Assembly: GCA_048939995.1 (NCBI GenBank)
Contig: JBHLOY010000022.1
Span: forward strand, 1 to 25,394
Length of the DNA: 25,394 bases
Reading direction: 5' to 3'
From: Promethearchaeota archaeon
GTDB taxonomy: Archaea > Asgardarchaeota > Lokiarchaeia > Sigyniarchaeales > SOKP01
Program-made: the position numbers and the translations under genes
Shown here: positions 1-7,400 of the stretch, piece by piece
Numbering within the stretch: the stretch's first letter is position 1
How the letters are laid out: every line of letters begins with the position of its first letter
The notes under the pieces: model-generated
The model's database searches: none
The model's input: only the letters and a program-made list of their open reading frames with translations
What the model was told of the DNA's origin: nothing

Positions 1-149
1 GAAAAACTTAGATTTGGAAACGCATTCCTAAAATTATAGCCATAAGTTCTAATAATATTGAAATTGATAAACCAACCAATAATTATTCCTGAAATAGATG
101 AAATCAAAATTATAGATGCCATAATAGCTATTTTAAATATTTTTCTCAT
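1..149 (-). CDS. 5' part of a membrane-anchored/secreted protein running off the window, possibly a PQQ-dependent glucose/sorbosone dehydrogenase (GSDH) family beta-propeller
   Basis: Not in the ORF track. Manual translation from ATG at 149 gives MRKIFKIAIMASIILISSISGIIIGWFINFNIIRTYGYNFRNAFPNLSF, open to the window edge. It has a basic N-terminus and hydrophobic helix, then AFPNLSF, which resembles the start of many GSDH-family proteins. Only 49 codons are visible. Confidence 0.55.
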   Translation of the reverse strand, partial: MRKIFKIAIMASIILISSISGIIIGWFINFNIIRTYGYNFRNAFPNLSF

Positions 150-377
150 TAAAAACACAGAGGTCGATAGAATCTTTATTGAAAATTAAGCTACGATTGT
201 ATATGTATCTTCTATCTATGATTAAAAAACAAATCATTCAAGATTGTTATATTATAAATTGAAAAGAAGTGAAATTTTTATAAAAAGAAATTCTATTCTA
301 ATAAGATTTGAGTTCTCTTGATCTAAAATGAAACTAATTTCGAAATATTAGTATAAGTGAAGCAAAAATAGGAGATA

Positions 378-1802
378 TTGAAAATACATCTTATCCTAAT
401 CTTAATTATTACAGGAGTAGTAGTTGGAATAAAAATGAAATCTAATTTAAAAATCCCGATCATATTAATTGCTATTGGAATTTTATTTTTATATTGCACC
501 CAAATTTCCAAAAACGTTAATATAGGTGGAGTAGATTTCCAGCAAAGCTCAGAATGCAACGAAAATTTGAAAAATTCAGGAATATCGGGAAAAATTCATA
601 TAAAAAATAATTGGACAACTGCTAAGTCTGCAGGTATATGCATTGGGAACGGCACTTATGACGATCCATACATTATACAGGATTTAATAATAGATGGGGG
701 AGATTTGGGAAGTTGTATCTTAATAGAGAATTCCAGAATACACTTTAAAATTGCAAACTGTACCCTTTATCATTCCGAATATGTAGGGGGACCCTCTTAT
801 AGTGCAGGGATAACATTATCTAACGTAACTAACTCCCAATTAATTAGTAATAATTGTTCATTAAATTATGATGGAATTAGATTATATAATAGTCATTATA
901 ACCAGATTGTGGGAAATCTGATTGCTAATAACCAGTTAGGAATGAACTTAGAAAGTTGTGTTAACAATACTATATGGGAAAATATAACAAATAATAATAC
1001 TGTAGGGATAAATATCCTATATGGTCAAAATTATAATATTTCAGGAAATACTGCAAATAACAATTCTAGATACGGAATTTATTTAAGATTTAGCAATAAC
1101 AATATTATTTCAGGAAACACCGCAAATAACAACACAATATTTGGAATTTATTTAAGGGAGAGTAATTATGATGTTATTTTGGGAAATATTGCCAATTATA
1201 ATAATGGCTATGGTATTTATTTAAGAGATTGTGAAAATGACAATATTTCAGGAAATGCCGCATTTTATAATTTAGAACAGGGTATGCTAATAGAAAATTG
1301 TGCTTTTAGCGATATACTTTGGAATACAGCAAATTTTAACGCTTATTGGGGAATAGGTTTATCTTCTGGTAATGAAAACAACTTCATAGGAAACTACGCC
1401 AGCAATAATAATATTGGAATTTACTTGCAATTTAATATTAATAATAATATTACAGGAAATACCGCAAGTATGAATGAAAATCATGGAATTTATTTATTTT
1501 TTAGTGATTCTAATATCATCTCGGAAAATACTGCCAATAGTAATAGATATGGAATTTTTCTACAAAGAAGCGACTATAATACTATTTCAGGAAATACACT
1601 ATTAGGAAATATTGAATGTATCTTTGAAGAAGATTGTCAAGGAAATAAATTTAGTGATAATGGCGCCTGTACCTATAATGAAGGTAACGATGGTGGAGTT
1701 CCTATTGAATTAATATATTTAATTTTGAATGTTGGATTAGGAATGTTGTTAGTTATTGTAACTATCTGGCTTATTATCTCTAAAAGGAAAATGCGGACGT
1801 AG
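378..1802 (+). CDS. Cell-surface right-handed parallel beta-helix (NosD/CASH/PbH1 repeat) protein with C-terminal membrane anchor
   Basis: Repeating ~22-23 aa units GIYLxxSxxNxISGNTAxxN, the N-terminal GNGTYDDPYII motif typical of archaeal NosD-like proteins, an N-terminal hydrophobic segment, and a C-terminal TM helix followed by KRKMRT. The true start may be ATG at 435 rather than TTG at 378. Confidence 0.85.
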   Translation: MKIHLILILIITGVVVGIKMKSNLKIPIILIAIGILFLYCTQISKNVNIGGVDFQQSSECNENLKNSGISGKIHIKNNWTTAKSAGICIGNGTYDDPYIIQDLIIDGGDLGSCILIENSRIHFKIANCTLYHSEYVGGPSYSAGITLSNVTNSQLISNNCSLNYDGIRLYNSHYNQIVGNLIANNQLGMNLESCVNNTIWENITNNNTVGINILYGQNYNISGNTANNNSRYGIYLRFSNNNIISGNTANNNTIFGIYLRESNYDVILGNIANYNNGYGIYLRDCENDNISGNAAFYNLEQGMLIENCAFSDILWNTANFNAYWGIGLSSGNENNFIGNYASNNNIGIYLQFNINNNITGNTASMNENHGIYLFFSDSNIISENTANSNRYGIFLQRSDYNTISGNTLLGNIECIFEEDCQGNKFSDNGACTYNEGNDGGVPIELIYLILNVGLGMLLVIVTIWLIISKRKMRT

Positions 1803-1822
1803 AGACCTTTCTAGTTGACGAT

Positions 1823-2653
1823 TTAGCCTCTGTCTGGACCAGCAATTGCAATCAATCCTTTAGTTTGAGTGAATCCTTTTCCAAGTATCATCCGAATTGA
1901 ATAGAAGTATTCATTAAGATTAAATTCAGAAACTATTCTTAAAGCTAATTGATTTTTATCCAGTATTCCAATGCGAATTTTTCTATTATCGATATTACTG
2001 ATTAAATTTTGTAGGAGTAAGTATGGTTTCAATTCTTTGGGATCAACAACCCAAGGACCAATGAATATGTGATCTTTTTTTGGAATCCCCATTATATACC
2101 CTTTTAATTCATCTTTTCGACTCAAAACATAGCATAACTCAGGATGCAGTGAAAATCTTCTTTGCAAAAGAAAAGATCTATTTCCCTTGAAATGTTTCTT
2201 GTCTAACGAAATCACACTTGTTAAATCCTTTTTAGTCATTAATCGTATGTGACTACTTGAATTTGGATCTACTTCTCCTTCTAATCTAAGTGAGCGACAA
2301 AATGACTTAAAATTGAACCTTTTATAGAGAAGACACATCTCTGGAACAGCATCTAGCATAATATTTTTAATTCCTAAAGATAAAAGGTAATCAATTGCAT
2401 GTTTTATTAAATTACTTCCAACTCCTTGATTTCTAAACTGATTTAACACAATTAAATTACCTATAAATCCAAATGTATTATAACATGCTGTCGAGATGAT
2501 TCCTTCAAGATTTCCATTAGAATCTGAAACAAAGAATCCTTTAGGGGAAAATAAGTATAGATCTTCTAATTCTTCTTTTGAAGTGCCCCAATTTTCAAAT
2601 TCTGTAAGTTTTAAGGCAAAATCTAATTCATTGTATGAAAGATTTCTGATCAT
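1823..2653 (-). CDS. GNAT family N-acetyltransferase (tandem GNAT, YitH-like)
   Basis: Acetyl-CoA binding motif A LIVLNQFRNQGVG, plus LDA..LYKRFNF. A second degenerate GNAT half contains IGPWV. Starts 28 nt after the E1 stop on the same strand. Confidence 0.85.
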   Translation of the reverse strand: MIRNLSYNELDFALKLTEFENWGTSKEELEDLYLFSPKGFFVSDSNGNLEGIISTACYNTFGFIGNLIVLNQFRNQGVGSNLIKHAIDYLLSLGIKNIMLDAVPEMCLLYKRFNFKSFCRSLRLEGEVDPNSSSHIRLMTKKDLTSVISLDKKHFKGNRSFLLQRRFSLHPELCYVLSRKDELKGYIMGIPKKDHIFIGPWVVDPKELKPYLLLQNLISNIDNRKIRIGILDKNQLALRIVSEFNLNEYFYSIRMILGKGFTQTKGLIAIAGPDRG

Positions 2654-2681
2654 AAATCAAAAAAGAAATTTGATATTTAAA

Positions 2682-4256
2682 TCACATATATGTAATTATT
2701 ACATTATACTTTTTTATATCTGATTCTACTTTTGCTTTTCCAAGTGGTGTTAATGTAATTATATCATTATTTCTTATTTTTAAAGCGGTTAATTTGATAT
2801 TAGGATCCTTCATTGAAGGTATATATGGATTCCAGTATATTTCTTTTGAAGTGGGATTAGTAATTATCCACAATATCGGTTCTAAGGAATGTCCAATTAT
2901 TCTAAGAGCCTTAAATATATATCCTATATCTGCATCAAAAGGAACAACAATCTTTATATTTTCTTCGCCTTCAATTTTGCCACAAGCCAAACAATCCTCT
3001 CTTTTGATAATATTAAGATGATCAAATTGGCCGTAAACCCCATTATAATTGACATAAGGAGGATCCATAGGGGCTCCGATATTTCTACCATGTAATCTAA
3101 ATATCATCTTTAAAGCTTCTTGGGATTGTATACTAGCTATAACTGAACTCACTGATTGAATTGCAGCAATTTTATTCCCCAAAATATTCTCCATTTCTTC
3201 AAATTTGAAATCTGGACCAAAAGTGTCTTTAATATTATTTTCCCATTCTTGAACTTCTTCAAAACTTAAGGATTTGAGTTTTTCCGGGGGTACATTTTCA
3301 TTAAATACACGGTGTCTTAATTTTTCGAGTTCTTCTTGTGCTATTTGTTTTAATTTTAATACATCTTCATCCATATTCATATCTGGTTTAAAACCATATT
3401 TTTTTTCAAAATCAACCTCAGCTTTAATAACACAATGATTTCTATTCCTTGGTAACCCCTTTAAAGTACAAGCAGCAATGAGCTTATCGTCAGCAGGTGG
3501 TATTGGAACAAGACATCTGTAACATGGAGTTATGTTCAATACATTTTCAGCATATTTTGCATCGAAATCCACCTCAACCTGTTTTCGAATTTGCTCTCTA
3601 ATAGGCTCAATTTTGTTTTGTTTGATTCTTTCAATATTCTGTTCTAATTCATCAATTTCTCTTAAAGCTTCTTTAAATTCTGGAGTGTCAAGCTCCCACA
3701 TTTTGCTTTCAACTAAATTCTCAATTTCAGTGGCTTTATCTTTGTATTCTATTCCTGAACCTTTAGGTATAATAATTTGAACATGCCCTTCAAAACCAAC
3801 TGTACCACCTTCAATAATAGGTATTTTCAACCTTAAACAAATTTTATTCAAATCCAATCTTGCATTAAAATTATCTAAAGCGGCAATCACTACTTCAGAT
3901 TCTTCAAATACCGACATAGGTAATTTTTGAAGTTTTTCAAAATAAAAGTCAACTTTTAAATAGGGATTCATTTCCTTTAGACGCTCAGCTGCTACTTCTG
4001 CCTTAGGACGACCCTCATCTCCAGGTTTGAATAACATTTGTCTTGATAAATTAGATGTTTCTATTGTATCTAAATCTACAAGTATTAATTTTCCAATACC
4101 CATTAGTGCAAAATCTTTTGCCACTTCACATCCAAGCGCACCAACTCCCACAATCATTAAACAAGCTTTCTCAAGAGTTGCTTGGTCCCATCCATCAATC
4201 AATTGCTGTCTTGCGTATATTCGAGATTTTAACACATCCTCTTTATTTTCCGTCAT
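2682..4256 (-). CDS. Ubiquitin-like protein activating enzyme E1 (ThiF family adenylation domain; Uba3/Uba2-like architecture)
   Basis: YARQ, GVGALG nucleotide-binding loop, DLDTIETSNLSRQ, KAE, ALDN..AR and GTVGFEG motifs. Zn pairs C245xxC248 and C422xxC425. Putative catalytic C263 in ACTLKGLPRNRNHC. GNKIAAIQSVSSVIA helix and a C-terminal ubiquitin-fold-like segment. Confidence 0.88.
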   Translation of the reverse strand: MTENKEDVLKSRIYARQQLIDGWDQATLEKACLMIVGVGALGCEVAKDFALMGIGKLILVDLDTIETSNLSRQMLFKPGDEGRPKAEVAAERLKEMNPYLKVDFYFEKLQKLPMSVFEESEVVIAALDNFNARLDLNKICLRLKIPIIEGGTVGFEGHVQIIIPKGSGIEYKDKATEIENLVESKMWELDTPEFKEALREIDELEQNIERIKQNKIEPIREQIRKQVEVDFDAKYAENVLNITPCYRCLVPIPPADDKLIAACTLKGLPRNRNHCVIKAEVDFEKKYGFKPDMNMDEDVLKLKQIAQEELEKLRHRVFNENVPPEKLKSLSFEEVQEWENNIKDTFGPDFKFEEMENILGNKIAAIQSVSSVIASIQSQEALKMIFRLHGRNIGAPMDPPYVNYNGVYGQFDHLNIIKREDCLACGKIEGEENIKIVVPFDADIGYIFKALRIIGHSLEPILWIITNPTSKEIYWNPYIPSMKDPNIKLTALKIRNNDIITLTPLGKAKVESDIKKYNVIITYM

Positions 4257-4430
4257 TTTAAAATGGCATTATTTAATTATCCTATTATATTAACAAATCA
4301 AAAGAATATAAATTATTTTAGTATTTAATGTACATAAACATTTAGATTTAAGATTATTTGATTTAACTCACTATCTGAAGATCTAATGGTGATTTTTATA
4401 AACAAGATAATAGCAGTTAAAAATAAGGAT

Positions 4431-7400
4431 TCAATCTTTTTCCTTTTTAGATATATCCTTTAACATTTTTTTAATTTCGTCAGCCTTTTCTTTATCCTTC
4501 GCTTTTTGCATATCTTCTTTTTGCTTAGCGCTCTTTTCCTTAGATTTATTGATCTCCTCTATAAGCTCTTGTTTGAGTTTAATTAAATTTGCCATATCTT
4601 TGCTAAAAGATTTTGCTTCTTCTTTCAATTGGACTCTTTCTTCTCTTATTCTTTTTTTTAACTGTTTATCTTGTTTTTTAATTAGTTGAGAGACTTCACT
4701 TGTCATATCACTTACTTTATTTATAGTTTGTTGTATTTTATTTTCTTCTTCCAATAAACGAAGTTGTTCTGAGCGCTTTTTACTTGTCAAGTCTTCATAA
4801 ATTGCCTGCATTCTGACTTCATCTTGTTTTACTTTTTCTTGTAATTGTTTGGTATTTTCAATTTCTTTTTTAATAAATTTTGCTTGCTCCATCCAACCAA
4901 TTTCATTAAATTTAGAGGTCGCTCTTTCAAAAATAGAATATGCTCCTTCAAAATCATGATGAATTGCTAAACTTTTTCCTTCATCTATTAACTTTAAAGC
5001 ATCTTGTTTAATTTGATCAGTACGTTCTTTAAGTCGTAATAGCTGTCTCATCTTATTCTCTTGTACATTCTTTTTTCTTAAATAATCTTCACGTCTAGTT
5101 CTAATTTCCTCTTGAAATTTTTCATATTCTTTCTGACGGGCAAGTCGTCTCTGGACTTCTATTTTTTTCTTTTCAATAAACTGCTTTTTTTCTTGCTCTA
5201 AATCCTTAATTAAAACATCTATATTGTTAATTTCAGGTTCCCAACCAACATTTTCAGCTAATATTGCCCTAGCTTGCATATATAAAGAAATTGCTTGATC
5301 ATAATCGGGTTGTTTTCTTTTAAGATATGTGGCTCCTTTCTCTAAAAGATTATAAGCAGTTTCTCTATGACTTAGTTGTTCTTTAACTAATCTCTCCTTT
5401 TCCTTGATAGCAAGTTTTTGAGCAAATTCTTTTTCTCTTTCATATTTTCTCCTCTCTTCTATGAGTTCCCTTAGCTTCTTTTCCTCTTGAATTTTTTCTA
5501 ATTCTTTCTTTAGTTTTAATTGTTTCTCTTCCAAGTCCTTTTTCTTAAGCTCTTCAATTTTAATAGTCATTTGGGAGATAGAATTAGTAGGATAATGAAT
5601 TTTATTTAAAATTAACATAGCTTTTCTATAACTTTTAACCGAATTTTCATAATCTTTTACTTTAATAAATTTCTCGGCATCATCTAATATTTTAAAAGCT
5701 TCTTCTTTAATCCGCTTGGTTTCAACTTTTCCTTCTTCTAATTTCTGAACTTTAATTTCTCTTGCTTTTAATTTTTCTTTTTCTTTAAAAAGTTGTTCTA
5801 CTAATTTTTTATTAAATTCTTGCCGAGCTTTTTCATTTTGAATTTTTAATTCTAACTGCTTTTGTTTCTCTAATTCCTGTTCCCTTTTCTTCTCTCTCAC
5901 TTCTAATATCAGTTCCTTTAAGGAATCTGTAGGGAACTGGATTTCATTTAATATTAACTCAGCACTATGGTAAAATTCAATTGCTCTACCATACTGAGAC
6001 TTTTTCATAAAATTTTCTGCTTGTTCTAGAAGATCAAAAGCATCTGCTTTCCTCTTCTCAATATATCCTTTTACTCTTGCTTGTTTAATCAATTCAATTT
6101 GTTTTTGTCTCATTTGTTCAGTTTCAAATTTCATACTATCAGCAATTTTTTGTTGAAAGCGCTTCTGTTCTTCCTCCTTTTTAATTTGTTGTTCAATTTC
6201 AAACTGTTTTGCTAAATCTTTCTCTCTTTTCTTCTCCTGAATCTTTAAGATTAATTCTTTAATAGAATCAGTTGGAAATTGCAATTGATTTAAAACTATT
6301 TCTGCTTGATAATAAAGTTCAATAGCTTGTTCATAAAACCCCTGGCTTAATATGTTCTCTGCTTTATCCATTAAATTAAAAGCCTCGATTTTAATAGATT
6401 CCATTTGTTGCATTAAAACTTCTTTTTCTTTTATCTCAATACTTTTTGCTTTTAATCTGGCTCTTTCTTTCTCCATTTGTTCCATAAGTCGCATTTCAAA
6501 TTTTTTGTCAGATTCAATTTCTTTCCTTGTTGATTCTTTCTCTCTAAGTTCTCTTTTCTGTTTTTCTTCACTTCTGTTTTTTATTTCGCTAATAGTATCT
6601 TCGATTAATTTGATATAACCTCCTGTCCATCCAATATCTTCCAATAGATTTAAAGCTTGTTGGTAATTTATTAATGCATCGTTAAATTCTTCTCTTTTTA
6701 GATAAACATCAGCATTCTCAATCAATTTAAGAGCTTCTTCTTCTTTAGAGCGATTTTGAGCAGATAATTTCCTCCTCTTCTCAATTAATTCCTGATCTTT
6801 TAATCTTCGTCTATTCTCTATTTCTCGTTGACGCTTTAGTCTTTCAGTGAACTCCCGATTTTCCATTTCTTTTTTAATAGTGTCCTTTATCCTTTTTTGA
6901 TCAAAGATATCCTTCTCTTTCTTCTTCGATTCAATTTCGAGAATTGCATTATGTATGATTGGGATTTCATCTCTCCATTGAATTTGAGCAAAAACATTTG
7001 CAACCTTTCTATATGTGTCAATAGCATCATTAAACCTACCTAATGAGAGGTTGTTTTGTGCTTCTTCTATTAATCTAAATGCCTCTCTACGTTTATCTTC
7101 TCTATATTCAAATTCCTTTTCTTTTTCTCTTAACTTTAATTCTCTCTCTTTAAGATTCTCTTTTTGAGACTTTAGCTTCTCTATTATTGTAACTTGAAAA
7201 TTTCTTTCCTGTTTTTCCCTTTCTAATTTTTCTTGCAACTCTTTTTGCTTCTTTAGAAAAAATTCCCGTTTTTTATTTTCAATTTCGATGGTTGCATTAC
7301 CTATGAATTCTAATTCATCATACCACTGGATTTCAGCAAAAAGATTAGTTACATCATGGTAAATTTCAATAGCTTTATCAAAATTTGCTTTATTGATAAA

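Noticed and set aside
1030-1610. Recurring TCAGGAAA(T/C)AC(T/C)GC and GGAATTTATTTA DNA strings suggesting a DNA repeat or CRISPR array
   Set aside because: They are the codons of the beta-helix protein repeats (SGNTA, GIYL), in frame and degenerate at third positions.
2660-4433. TGA stops of the E1 (2682-2684) and the repeat protein (4431-4433) as possible selenocysteine readthrough
   Set aside because: Both frames hit another stop within about 20 codons, the context is not redox-motif-like, and I see no convincing SECIS hairpin.
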